Counted from the first letter of the stretch, positions 51,205 to 61,199 are shown. The stretch: 64,000 bases of DNA from an uncultured Gemmatimonadaceae bacterium (GCA_963829055.1 CAWHHI010000017.1:64001-128000), one strand, 5' to 3'. The notes: generated by a model from the sequence alone, not told the origin. Translations and numbers: made by a program.

Positions 51205-52458
51205 TTGAGCACCGTCACCACCCTGGCCCACGACGCCCCGTTCTCAATCCGGCGAACGGCCATCACGCGAGGTGCGACGTACTTCGTCGCCTGGACCGTC
51301 GTCGCGTTCACGACGTCCGAGCTGCAGTACGTCGCGCAGCCCGCGAGCAACGCGCAGCCGTACGGCCGCCTGTTGCGGATGGCGCTCGCGAGCTGCTGGC
51401 TGTGGGCCGCGTTCACCCCCGCGATTCTCGCGTTCGCGCGACGGATTCGCATCGATCGCACGAACTGGCCGCGTACGCTTCCGGTGCACCTCGCCGCCGC
51501 CGCTGCCGCGACGTTCCTGGACGTCTGGCTCATGCACGCGATCATGCCGTTCGTGAGCCCGGACGCGCCGATGAATCGCGTCCCCATTCACATCGTCTTC
51601 CTGCGGCAGCTGTTCCTGTACTCGGTCTGCTACTTCGTGATCATGGCGCTCGCGCACGTGCGCTACTACGCGGGCCTCTCGTACGAACGCGACCTCCGCG
51701 CCGCGCAGCTCGAGGCGCAGCTCTCGGCCGCGCGCCTAACGGCGCTCCAGGGACAGCTCCGGCCGCACTTCCTGTTCAACACGCTGAACATGATCGCCGA
51801 GCAGGTCTACACGGACCCGGCTGGCGCGGACGCGATGCTGACGCGGCTCGGCGTGTTGTTGCGGTCGTCGTTCATCGAGACCGACCGCGAGCGCGTGCCG
51901 CTGCATCGCGAGCTGGAATTGCTCGAGAGTTACGTCGAGATCATGCGTGCGCGCTTCCATGGACGCCTGACATTCGAGCTCGACATCGATCCGGCGACGC
52001 TCGACGCGTTGGTCCCGCGGTTCATGCTGCAGCCGCTCGTGGAGAATGCCATCAAGCACGGCGTCGAGCCTCGTGAGGAAGGTGGCCGCGTGACCGTGAC
52101 TGCCCGTCGTCAGGGCGATTCGCTGACACTCGACGTCCGCGACAACGGCGACGGGCTCGCCGGCGCGATCCGCGAAGGCACCGGCGTTCGCAATACGCGC
52201 GAGCGGTTACAACATCTCTATGGCATCGCGCGTCAGCAGTTCGCGCTCGCGCCCGCACCGGGCGGCGGCACGGTCGCATCGCTCGTCATCCCGTTCGACA
52301 CGGACGACGGCCCGGCGGACAGCTACACGGCGACGGCACCGGGCACCGCGTCGGACACCCGAGGTGCCACGGTTCCCGGCCGTGCACCCCTGCCCTCATC
52401 GCCTGACGTGCCAGCGATGCCGGGTGTCGGGCCTGCGTTCCGGCGAGGCGTGTCATGA
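51205..52458 (+). CDS. LytS/YehU-type sensor histidine kinase
   Basis: TM helices; QLRPHFLFNTLN; LQPLVENAIKHG; GTGVRN. Confidence 0.92.
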   Translation: MSTVTTLAHDAPFSIRRTAITRGATYFVAWTVVAFTTSELQYVAQPASNAQPYGRLLRMALASCWLWAAFTPAILAFARRIRIDRTNWPRTLPVHLAAAAAATFLDVWLMHAIMPFVSPDAPMNRVPIHIVFLRQLFLYSVCYFVIMALAHVRYYAGLSYERDLRAAQLEAQLSAARLTALQGQLRPHFLFNTLNMIAEQVYTDPAGADAMLTRLGVLLRSSFIETDRERVPLHRELELLESYVEIMRARFHGRLTFELDIDPATLDALVPRFMLQPLVENAIKHGVEPREEGGRVTVTARRQGDSLTLDVRDNGDGLAGAIREGTGVRNTRERLQHLYGIARQQFALAPAPGGGTVASLVIPFDTDDGPADSYTATAPGTASDTRGATVPGRAPLPSSPDVPAMPGVGPAFRRGVS

Positions 52459-53267
52459 CGCTACTCCGCGTCCTCATCGTCGACGATGAGGCGTTTGCGC
52501 GCCAGCGGCTCCGTCGCCTGCTCACGGAGCTTCAGGACATCGAGGTCGTCGGCGAGGCCGCGAACGGGCGCGAGGCGGTCGCGCTGATCACGCAGCACGA
52601 CCCTGACGTGGTGCTGCTCGACGTGCAGATGCCGCGTGTCGATGGCTTCGGCGTGCTGCGCGCGCTCGACGGGCCCGCGCCTCTCGTGATCTTCGTGACG
52701 GCGTTCGACGAGCACGCCGTGGCCGCGTTCAACGTCCACGCGTTCGACTACATCCTCAAGCCGGTGGACCCGGCGCGTTTCGCGGACGCCATCGCGCGTG
52801 CCCGCGCGCAGATCGAGCAGTCGACGATCGCCGAGCGTCATGCGAAGCTCGTGGCGTTTCTGGATGCGTCGCCGGGCGCACCGACGCGGGACGTTGCCGT
52901 GCCCGCCGCCGAATCGGCGACGGCGAGCGGGCGCGCGCCACTCGATCGATTGCTCGTCAAGGAGGAGGGCAAGATGTATTTCGTGCCCGTCGCCGAGATC
53001 GACTGGATCGAGGCGTTCGGCAACTACGCGCGTCTGCATACGGGGCCGCGCACCCACCTCATTCGCGAGACGATGTCGACGCTCGAGCGCGCGCTCGACG
53101 TGCGTCGCTTCGCGCGCATCCATTGCTCGACGATCGTGAATCTCGATCGCATCAGGCAGATGGATCTGTGGGGCTCGGGAGATTACATGGTGCGGCTGGC
53201 CGATGGCACGCAGCTCAAGCTCAGCCGATGGTATCGGGATCGGCTCGAGGCGCGGTTGCGACCGTAG
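52455..53267 (+). CDS. LytTR response regulator
   Basis: IVDDE, LLDVQMP, FVTAFD, DYILKP; FARIHCS and LSRWYR; ATGA overlap with the kinase. Confidence 0.93.
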   Translation: MTLLRVLIVDDEAFARQRLRRLLTELQDIEVVGEAANGREAVALITQHDPDVVLLDVQMPRVDGFGVLRALDGPAPLVIFVTAFDEHAVAAFNVHAFDYILKPVDPARFADAIARARAQIEQSTIAERHAKLVAFLDASPGAPTRDVAVPAAESATASGRAPLDRLLVKEEGKMYFVPVAEIDWIEAFGNYARLHTGPRTHLIRETMSTLERALDVRRFARIHCSTIVNLDRIRQMDLWGSGDYMVRLADGTQLKLSRWYRDRLEARLRP

Positions 53268-53271
53268 CATT

Positions 53272-53313
53272 GGGAATCGGGGATCGGGAATCGGGAATCG
53301 GGAATCGGGAATC
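53272..53313. repeat. Heptamer tandem repeat (GGGAATC)x6
   Basis: GGGAATC GGGGATC GGGAATC GGGAATC GGGAATC GGGAATC. Confidence 0.9.
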
Positions 53314-53447
53314 GCACGTGCAGGTCGTCCCACCGATGTGCAGATCATCACGCCGGCCTTCGTTCGCCGGCCGAGTGGCGTGAGTTTCGGGTCCACTCCT
53401 GCCTGACGAGAATGATGCTACGCTCCGCATTGCCTCCACGCGCGCGC

Positions 53448-54560
53448 ATGTCCGCGCTGAAGTTCATTACCGTTGTTGGCACTACGGCCGTCGCCGTTCT
53501 TGTGCCCCTCTGCCACGCCATCGCGCAACCGCCGGCGCCGCGACACGCGGTGCTCGCCGTGCCGTCCAAGTATCCGTCCATTCAGGCGGCGATCGACAGC
53601 GCCATGAACGGCGATACCGTGCTCGTCGCGCCCGGGCGGTACTACGAGAACATCCGCTTCAAGGGAAAGGGCATCGTCGTCACGAGCCAGTTCGCGCGCA
53701 CGCGCAACGAGGCGGACATCGAGCGGACCATCATCGACGGCAGTCGGCCGACGCACCCCGATACGGGGACAGTCGTTAGGTTCGTCAACCAGGAGGACTC
53801 GACGGCGGTGATCCAGGGATTCACGATCACCGGCGGCACGGGCACCGTGTGGCTCGACGCGAAGGACGTGACGTACTTCCGCGAGGGCGGCGGGATCCTG
53901 TGCGAGCTCGGGTCGCCGACGATTCGCTTCAATCACATCGAGAACAACAGCGCGGTCTCGAAGGCGAAGAACGTGAAGGGCGACTCGTTGATCAGCGCCG
54001 GTGGCGGCGCCATCCGCTGCGGCTACTCCGAGCCGACGATCACGAACAACGTCATTCGCGGCAATCACGGGCGCTACGGCGGTGGCGTCGTGCTGTTCTA
54101 CTCCGCCGGCATCGTGAAGAACAACCTCATCGTCGACAACGACGGCGGCGAGGACTTCGGTGGCGCCGGGCTGTGGATCGTCGGTGGGTTGAGCTATCGG
54201 CTGTCGACGCTCGTCGAGCACAACACGATCGTCAATAACCGATCGATGACACCGGATTCCGCGCGCGGCATGAAGGGCCGCGGCGGCGCCATGATCGCGG
54301 CCGGCACGAAGGTCGTGTTCCGAAACAACATCGTGTGGGGTAACGCGCAGAGCGCGGGCAATCAGGTGAGCTACTCCCCGGCGACGCCGCCCGAGATGAG
54401 CAACAACATCGTGCAGGGTGGTCTGCCGGGCACGGGCAATCTCGATAAGGATCCGCAGTTCGCCGACATGACACGCTTCACGTTGAAGCCGGATTCGCCG
54501 GCGAAGCGCGGCGCCGGTTTCGAGCTCGGCGCCTATGGTGGCGTGCCGCGTACTCGCTGA
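53448..54560 (+). CDS. Secreted right-handed parallel beta-helix (pectin-lyase-like) protein
   Basis: VPSKYPSIQAAID..GDTVLVAPGRYYENI; repeated GGGI/NNxIxxN; GNLDKDPQF. Confidence 0.85.
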   Translation: MSALKFITVVGTTAVAVLVPLCHAIAQPPAPRHAVLAVPSKYPSIQAAIDSAMNGDTVLVAPGRYYENIRFKGKGIVVTSQFARTRNEADIERTIIDGSRPTHPDTGTVVRFVNQEDSTAVIQGFTITGGTGTVWLDAKDVTYFREGGGILCELGSPTIRFNHIENNSAVSKAKNVKGDSLISAGGGAIRCGYSEPTITNNVIRGNHGRYGGGVVLFYSAGIVKNNLIVDNDGGEDFGGAGLWIVGGLSYRLSTLVEHNTIVNNRSMTPDSARGMKGRGGAMIAAGTKVVFRNNIVWGNAQSAGNQVSYSPATPPEMSNNIVQGGLPGTGNLDKDPQFADMTRFTLKPDSPAKRGAGFELGAYGGVPRTR

Positions 54561-54570
54561 CACGCGGCTT

Positions 54571-54911
54571 GCATCATCGCGCCGCGGCCGGTGGGGACTA
54601 CGATTTGGCGGATCGGTACTGCGAAACTGCCGGATACTGCTCTGCATCGACGCATCGTCCCGCACGGCCGGTGGGAACGGCGATCGCGCGGAGGACGCGG
54701 AAGAAGCAGGATCGATCGCGTTCGGGACGGCCCCTCGCGCCACGAGCCGGGATTCTTTGGGAACGGCCGCTCGGGACGCAGGAGTCTCCCGAGCGGCCGT
54801 TCCTCTGTCATTCAGGCCGCGGCGAGAGCCAGCGTCGATGCAAAGCCGGATCCGGCCGTTTTCCGTGTCATCCGCAAAATCGTAGTTCCCACCGGCCCGG
54901 AGCGCTGATGC
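54571..54911. repeat. Structured repeat family A, full copy
   Basis: GCATCA...GGCCGGTGGGGACTACGATTTGGCGGAT ... ATCCGCAAAATCGTAGTTCCCACCGGCC...TGATGC; inner GGAACGGCCGCTCGGGA/TCCCGAGCGGCCGTTCC stem. Confidence 0.9.
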
Positions 54912-55032
54912 GTGAATGCAAGCCGAATCGGCTGTCTCGCGGTTCATCCGGCCAATCGTAGTCGCCAACGACCGCGGCGCGACGAAGCCAGCAACAGGTT
55001 GTGCCGCGTGATCGCCGTTCCGATCTTGGGGC

Positions 55033-56859
55033 ATGCACCCACTGCTCCGCACGATCCTAACGCTCTCGCCGGCCCTTCTTTCGGCGGCGCGCCTCGACCT
55101 CGGCGTCGCGCCCAGGGCAGCCCCGACGAGCGTCATTCGCGTCAATCAGCTCGGGTACCTGCCTAACGCTCCCAAGACGGCCGTGATGTGCGTCGTCCCC
55201 GACTCGCTGGGCGGCGGTGGCACGTGGCTCCCACCCGCGTCCGTGCCCTTCACCGTCGAGGACACCACCGGTCGCCGCGTGCTCGCGCCGCGCACCGCCA
55301 GCGCCGCCGGTCAATTCGGACCCTGCGCACAGACGTACCGGCTCGACTTCTCGTCGCTTCGAAAGCCCGGCCGCTACCACATCGTCTCCGCTGGCGTTCG
55401 CTCGCCCGTCGTGCGCATCGACGCCCGCGCGTACGCCGGCGCCGCGGACACGCTCCTCTACTACATGCGCCAGCAGCGCTCGGGCTACAACCCGACGCTC
55501 AAGGATTCCGTTCACAAGCGCGACGGGATCATCGTCGATCACCCGACGCGCACCGGTGAGTTCATCAACGTGAGCGGCGGCTGGGCCGACGCCGCGGACT
55601 ATCTGCAGTACGTCACGACGTCCGCGACCGCCACCTACGTCATGCTCAAGGCGCGTCACGAATTTCCGCGCGCGTTCTCCGACAACTTCGCCGCGACCGG
55701 TCTCCCGGGCGCGAATGGCGTCGACGACGCGCTCGACGAGGCGCGCCATGGACTCGAGTGGCTGCTGCGCATGTTCCCGGACGACTCGACGATGTTCAAC
55801 CAGCTCGCTGACGACCGCGATCACACGTACTTCGATCTGCCGACGTCCGACTCCGCGGACTACGGCTGGGGCAAGGGCAAGGAGCGCCCCGTGTATCCGT
55901 GCACGGGCAAGCCGCAGGGGCTTTTCACCGGAAAGAATCGCGCGACGGGCTACGCGTCCACGGCCGGCAAGTACGCGGCGACGTTCGCACTCGCCTCGCG
56001 TGCGTATGCGACCACGGACCCCGCGTTCGCGCGTCGGCTCCGCGAACGGGCGCTGGCGGCGTACGCGTTAGGCGTGAAATACCCCGGCAACTGTCAGACG
56101 GCGCCCGGCAAGTCGCCGTACTTCTACGAAGAAGAGAACTGGGCGGATGACATGGAGCTCGGAGCGGCCGAGCTCTACGCGCTGACGCGCGAACAGCGGT
56201 TTCTGCGGGATGCGTTAGGCTACGCCGCGAAGGAGCCGGTCACGCCGTGGATGGGCGCCGATACGGCGCGTCACTATGAATGGTACCCCTGGATCAATCA
56301 CGGCCACGACGCGGTCTGGCGCGTCGGTGACGCGTCGGCCAAGCGCCTCATGGCCAGCTACTACCGCCAGGGCCTCGAGCGTGTAGCCGCGCGCGCGAAA
56401 ACCAACGGCTTCCGCGTCGGCATCCCGTTCATCTGGTGCTCGAACAATCTCATGTCGGCGTTCGCGACGCAGGCGCTGATCTATCGTCGCATGACGGGCG
56501 ACGAGCGCTTCCGCGAGTACGAGGCAGCGGCGCTGGACTGGCTGTTCGGCGCGAACCCGTGGGGCACGTCGATGGTGATCGGCCTGCCGTGGTCAGGCAC
56601 CTGGCCACACGATCCGCATTCGGTGCTCGCCAAGCAGCTTGGCGTGGAGACGCAGCTCGGCGGTCTCGTGGATGGCCCGGTCTATCGTTCGATCTACGCC
56701 AACCTGCGCGGCATCCGCCTGTTCGACCCGGACGAGTACGCGCGGTTCAACACGGGCTTCATCGTCTATCACGACGACCTGGGCGACTACTCGACGAATG
56801 AGCCGATCATGGACGGGACAGGCATGCTCACGTACCTGCTCGCTGCGCTCGCGCCGTGA
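55033..56859 (+). CDS. Glycoside hydrolase family 9 with N-terminal Ig-like domain
   Basis: IRVNQLGYLP..PKTAV; GGWADAADY; DDMELGAAELY; GANPWG; DYSTNEP. Confidence 0.9.
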   Translation: MHPLLRTILTLSPALLSAARLDLGVAPRAAPTSVIRVNQLGYLPNAPKTAVMCVVPDSLGGGGTWLPPASVPFTVEDTTGRRVLAPRTASAAGQFGPCAQTYRLDFSSLRKPGRYHIVSAGVRSPVVRIDARAYAGAADTLLYYMRQQRSGYNPTLKDSVHKRDGIIVDHPTRTGEFINVSGGWADAADYLQYVTTSATATYVMLKARHEFPRAFSDNFAATGLPGANGVDDALDEARHGLEWLLRMFPDDSTMFNQLADDRDHTYFDLPTSDSADYGWGKGKERPVYPCTGKPQGLFTGKNRATGYASTAGKYAATFALASRAYATTDPAFARRLRERALAAYALGVKYPGNCQTAPGKSPYFYEEENWADDMELGAAELYALTREQRFLRDALGYAAKEPVTPWMGADTARHYEWYPWINHGHDAVWRVGDASAKRLMASYYRQGLERVAARAKTNGFRVGIPFIWCSNNLMSAFATQALIYRRMTGDERFREYEAAALDWLFGANPWGTSMVIGLPWSGTWPHDPHSVLAKQLGVETQLGGLVDGPVYRSIYANLRGIRLFDPDEYARFNTGFIVYHDDLGDYSTNEPIMDGTGMLTYLLAALAP

Positions 56860-56861
56860 TC

Positions 56862-57432
56862 GCTGGCTGCTGGCTGCTGCTGCTGACGTTCGGGATCGCT
56901 GTCTTGTCGGCGGGGGCGTCGCGTCTCCGGCGCCGTAGGCGCTTACACGCCCTGAGCCGACGGGTACCGAACTCCGTGTACGGCTGGCTGGCTCGGCCCC
57001 GTCGTCTCGGGGCTACGCGCCAACGGCCCCTACGACGCGACACCCCCGCCTCCTGGTACGCATCCCGACCGGTCGGGGCAAGCAGCGCGCAGCACCCAGC
57101 AAGTGCGCGCCCTAACGCGTGACGGCGCCGCCCGCGAGAGGGGACGCGGCACTTGCTGCGCGCTGGGTGCGGTCGCGAATGCGTGCGTGCGGTGACGAGC
57201 GGCCGGCCACGGAGCGTGCCATGACCGGGGGCGCGGGCGCTCGGCGTAGGGGGCCTCGCGCGTAGCCCCGAGACGGCGGGGCCGAGCCACTCTCACGGCA
57301 TGGAGTTCGGTACCCGTCGGCTCGAGGCGTGTAAGCGCGTGGCCACCGGAGCCGAGTGCCCGCGCCTAGCGCCGCGACAGACTCGACCAGCCCCGCGCGC
57401 CGCAATGCCAGCACGCAGCACGCAGCACGCAG
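56862..57432. repeat. Long (about 570 bp) imperfect inverted repeat, possible structured RNA
   Basis: 56939-56978 pairs with 57299-57338; 56989-57020 pairs with 57258-57289; inner CAGCAAGTGC/GCACTTGCTG stem. Confidence 0.85.
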
Positions 57433-57439
57433 CTCAGCG

Positions 57440-57956
57440 CTACGGCAGCGTCTCGAACGACGTGACTTTGTAGACGATCTCGTCCCCCGGCAAGCGCCGT
57501 GACCGGGTCGATCAGCACGCTGATCGGATACCCCAACGTCGCGTCGTACGTGATCCGCGAGTCCTGAGGACCCAGCGCCAGCCCCTGCGCGATGAGCACC
57601 AGCAGTCCATCCACCGACTTCGCCGCCGCGCGACGATCCTCGCTCACCGCCAGGTTCGTCGCCGCGTCCACCACGCTCTCGATCGTCTCGCCCGTCTCAC
57701 CAGGCGTCCGCCTCACCGTGACGCGCACGGGACGCTGGAACTCGGTCGTGCACTCGCACGTCTGAGCCACCACAATGCGGTAGTGCGCCGGCCCCACCGT
57801 CTGCCACTTCTTCAGCGCGCCGTCGTACTCCGCCTGCGTCGTCCCATTGTTGTTGCTGCCGTTACCGCCGAGCCCGATCACGTCCCCACCAGCACATGCA
57901 CCAACCACCAGCACGAGCGCCGCGACAACGGATGCGCGGCCAAGGAATGCACTCAT
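57440..57956 (-). CDS. Lipoprotein with DUF6174-like domain, frameshift near 57485
   Basis: Lipobox VGAC; KKW...HYRIVVAQTCEC; YDATLGYP; ends DEIVYKVTSFETLP after the shift. Confidence 0.75.
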
Positions 57957-58021
57957 AGTTCTCCGGAGTTCTCTACTGCACGAGTCCAGCGTCCGTATTA
58001 GGATGTGTCGGTACACACGCT

Positions 58022-59309
58022 ATGACCAGCCTGCCGAACCCTCGAACGATGCGGTCCGTCACCTCAATGCGCGGTGACGGGGACGAACCGTCACGCCCGG
58101 CAGGATTCGCCTGGCGATTCGTGCTCGCAAACCGTCGCGATGGATCAGGGATCTGGGGAGCGGCGTGCCTCGTGTTCGCCTCGCAGAACGCGCTGCGCTA
58201 CATCATGCGCGACCAGGCGGTGGACTGGGTCAACGCGCTGTGGATGGAAGCGCTGTACTGGGTCCCGTGGCTCGTGCTCACGCCCGTCCTGCTCGCGACG
58301 GCGCGTCGCAAGCCGCTCGGCTCCGGCGCACCGCGGTCGAACGTGTGGTGGCACCTCGGGTGTCATGGTCGCGCTGTCGCTCGTGCAGGTCGTCAGCCGC
58401 CGATGCGCTGCAGTATCCGGTGGCGGTCGCGCATGGCTTAGTCCCAGTGGCGCTGACCGGCTCCGCGCACGCGCTGGAGACGTACCGCCGCTCGTTCCCG
58501 GCGCTCGTGATCACCGTGTGGTGGAAGTACTGGGTGTTCATGGGCCTCTACTACGCGTTCGACTATCACCGTCGCTTCCGCGAGCGCGAGGTCGCGGCGG
58601 CGCAACTCGAGACGCAGCTGGCGACGGCGCATCTGCAGGCGCTGCGGATGCAGCTCAATCCGCACTTCCTGTTCAACGCGCTGCACTCGGCGGCGATGCT
58701 GACGATGATCGACCCCGACGGCGCGCACCGCGTGCTCGTACAGCTGAGCGCGCTGCTTCGGACGACGCTCGACCGCTCATCAGCGGCCGAGGTGCCGCTC
58801 TCGGAGGAGATCGACTTCGTCGACCGCTACCTGGCGATCGAGCGCATTCGGTTCCAGGATCGGCTTCGGCGTCGAGATCGAGGCCGATGACGATGCGCTG
58901 TCGGCGATCGTGCCGAACCTGATCCTGCAGCCACTGGTGGAGAACGCGGTGCGCCACGGGATCGCGCGCCGAACCGACGCCGGCGACCTCACGATTCGCG
59001 CGGTGCGGCGCGGGGGTCTCCTCGTGGTCGAGGTCGAGGACGACGGCCCCGGGCTTCCCGCGGGTTGGACGTTCACCCCACCGGAGGGGAGCGGCGTCGG
59101 CCTGACGAATGTCCGCTCGCGGCTCGAGCGGCTGTATGGAAGTCAGGGTCGACTCGAGCTGCTGACTCCAACGGATGAAGCCGGCCGGCCAACGCACGGG
59201 TGTGCTCGCGCGCGTGACGATCCCGTTCCGCGTCGCTGCGCCGTCGCCCCGCCGTCGCGAAGTCGCGTCCCCGATTCCCAGTGCACAATCCCCAGTCCCC
59301 ACCGCATGA
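58022..59309 (+). CDS. LytS/YehU-type sensor histidine kinase, several frameshifts, start uncertain
   Basis: TM helices; QLNPHFLFNALH; LQPLVENAVRHG; GVGLTNVRSRL; TGA overlaps the regulator ATG. Confidence 0.87.
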
Positions 59310-60148
59310 TCCGCGCGCTCATCGTCGACGACGAGCCGATCGCGCGCGCCGGCATCGCGAAGCTGCTCGAGGGCGAGTCGGATGTGACGGTGATCGGGGA
59401 GTGTCGGGACGGGGCAGAGGCTGTCGCGCACATCCGCGCACATCGGCCCGACCTCGTGTTCCTCGATGTGCAGATGCCCGAGCGCAACGGCTTCGAGGTG
59501 CTGGCGTCGCTCGAGCCACACGAGCTTCCGGCGACGATCTTCGTCACGGCGTACGACGAGTACGCGCTCGACGCGTTCGAAGCGAGTGCGGTCGACTACC
59601 TGCTCAAACCGTTCGACCGTGAGCGGTTCGCGCGCGCGCTGTCGCGGGCGCGCCGTTTCCTCGCCGGCGATCAGCTCGCGGTGTTCCGCGCGAAGGTCTC
59701 GTCGGTGCTGCAGACGATGCGACCGAACACTCGCCTCGTTGGCACAGGCGCGAGTCCTCGAACGGCTCGACTCCGCATCGCGCCTAACGGTGGCCCGAGC
59801 CGAGCGACGGAACGCGCGCGCGGCGGTGACAGTCGGCTCGCCATCCGGACGCGCGGGCGCATCACGTTCGTCGCGATCGGCGAGATCGAGTGGATCGAGA
59901 CGTCGCGCAACTACGTGCGCGTGCGCGCGAAAGGCGTGTGGCACACGATGCGCGAGCCGCTGTCGACGTTCGCGGGTCGACTCGACCCGCTGCAGTTCGT
60001 GCGCGTGAGCCGCTCGTGCATCGTCAATCTCGATCGCGTGCGCGAGTTCCGTCGGCAGGCGAACGGCCAGTACACGGTCCTGCTCGACGACGGCCAGCGA
60101 CTCGTGGCGAGTCGCCGCTATGGCGCGAAGTTGGCGCCTGACGCGTAG
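59306..60148 (+). CDS. LytTR response regulator
   Basis: MIRALIVDDEPIAR, FLDVQMP, FVTAYD, DYLLKPF; FVRVSRS. Confidence 0.92.
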   Translation: MIRALIVDDEPIARAGIAKLLEGESDVTVIGECRDGAEAVAHIRAHRPDLVFLDVQMPERNGFEVLASLEPHELPATIFVTAYDEYALDAFEASAVDYLLKPFDRERFARALSRARRFLAGDQLAVFRAKVSSVLQTMRPNTRLVGTGASPRTARLRIAPNGGPSRATERARGGDSRLAIRTRGRITFVAIGEIEWIETSRNYVRVRAKGVWHTMREPLSTFAGRLDPLQFVRVSRSCIVNLDRVREFRRQANGQYTVLLDDGQRLVASRRYGAKLAPDA

Positions 60149-60201
60149 AGGAAGGAGGAAGGCGGTCGAGGACGATCGCCTCGCTGCGCTCGGGATGACA
60201 T

Positions 60202-60262
60202 GGCTCCTTCCTCAGGCCTCCTTCCTTAGGCCTCGTTCCTCAGGCCTCCTTCCCAAGGCCTC
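60202..60262. repeat. 14-bp tandem repeat (GGCCTCCTTCCTCA)x4
   Basis: Four imperfect units preceded by a family-B half end (CGCTCGGGATGACA) and an AGGAAGGAGG arm at 60149. Confidence 0.75.
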
Positions 60263-60291
60263 TCGTACAATATTCGCATAGGCGATGAGCC

Positions 60292-61194
60292 ATGCAGTCC
60301 CTCGCTCGTCTGCTCGCCATCGCCTGTCTCGTCGCGCTCGGTGCTTGCAATCCCATGCGCTATCTGTTCGGATGGGAGGCGCGGCTTCGCCCCGACACCA
60401 CCGAACGCGCCGGAGGGCAGTCCCTCGTCGGCGCCGGCGACATTGGGTTCTGTGGTCTGATCGGCGACCGCGCCACCGGGATTCTGCTCGATCAGATTCC
60501 CGGCACCGTCTTCACCCTCGGCGACAACGCGTATCCCGACGGTACGCTCGAAGATTTTCAGAAGTGCTACGAGCCTACCTGGGGCCGACACAAGAGCCGA
60601 ACGCGGCCGTCCGCCGGTAACCACGAGTACCACGCCGACGGCGCACCGGGCTATTTCGCGTACTTCGGCGCCGTCGCGGGCGATTCCTCGAAAGGATACT
60701 ACAGCTACGACCTCGGCACCTGGCACGTGGTGGTGCTCAACAGCAACATCGACGTCAGCGCGACGTCGGAGCAGATGCGATGGCTCGCGAATGACCTGGC
60801 CGAGCACCGCACGTTATGCACGGTGGCGTACTGGCATCACGCGTTTCTGAGCTCGAGCTCTGACGCTACCCCCAAGATGCGAGACGCATGGCGGCTGCTC
60901 TACGACGCCGGCGTCGAGGTCGCGCTCACGGGCCACCACCACGCCTACGAGCGCTTCGCACCGGTGAACGCCACGGCAACCGCCCTCGACCAAGGGCGGG
61001 GCGTTCGAGAATTCGTCGTCGGCACAGGCGGCTCGCTGCTGGACAACTTCGGCCGCAAAGCCCACTTCAGCGAACGTCGCTACAACAACAACTTCGGCGT
61101 GCTACAGCTCCAGCTCTATCCCGGTCACTATGCCTGGCAGTTCATCTCGGTGAACGGGCACATACGAGACTCGGGGCGGGACAGATGCCACTGA
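60292..61194 (+). CDS. Calcineurin-like metallophosphoesterase lipoprotein
   Basis: Lipobox LGAC; AGDIG, LGDNAY, GNHEY and GHHHAYER motifs. Confidence 0.9.
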   Translation: MQSLARLLAIACLVALGACNPMRYLFGWEARLRPDTTERAGGQSLVGAGDIGFCGLIGDRATGILLDQIPGTVFTLGDNAYPDGTLEDFQKCYEPTWGRHKSRTRPSAGNHEYHADGAPGYFAYFGAVAGDSSKGYYSYDLGTWHVVVLNSNIDVSATSEQMRWLANDLAEHRTLCTVAYWHHAFLSSSSDATPKMRDAWRLLYDAGVEVALTGHHHAYERFAPVNATATALDQGRGVREFVVGTGGSLLDNFGRKAHFSERRYNNNFGVLQLQLYPGHYAWQFISVNGHIRDSGRDRCH

Positions 61195-61199
61195 TAGCT

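Noticed and set aside
48273..51734. Gap in CCTAACG sites over the cmoA unit as evidence of recent acquisition
   Set aside because: A 3.5-kb gap is expected once or twice by chance among 58 sites averaging 1.1 kb apart.
58910..60148. Apparent fusion of the kinase ATPase domain with the LytTR regulator (412-aa ORF)
   Set aside because: A frameshift near 59200 restores RVTIPF and a TGA overlapping the regulator ATG, as in the other two systems.
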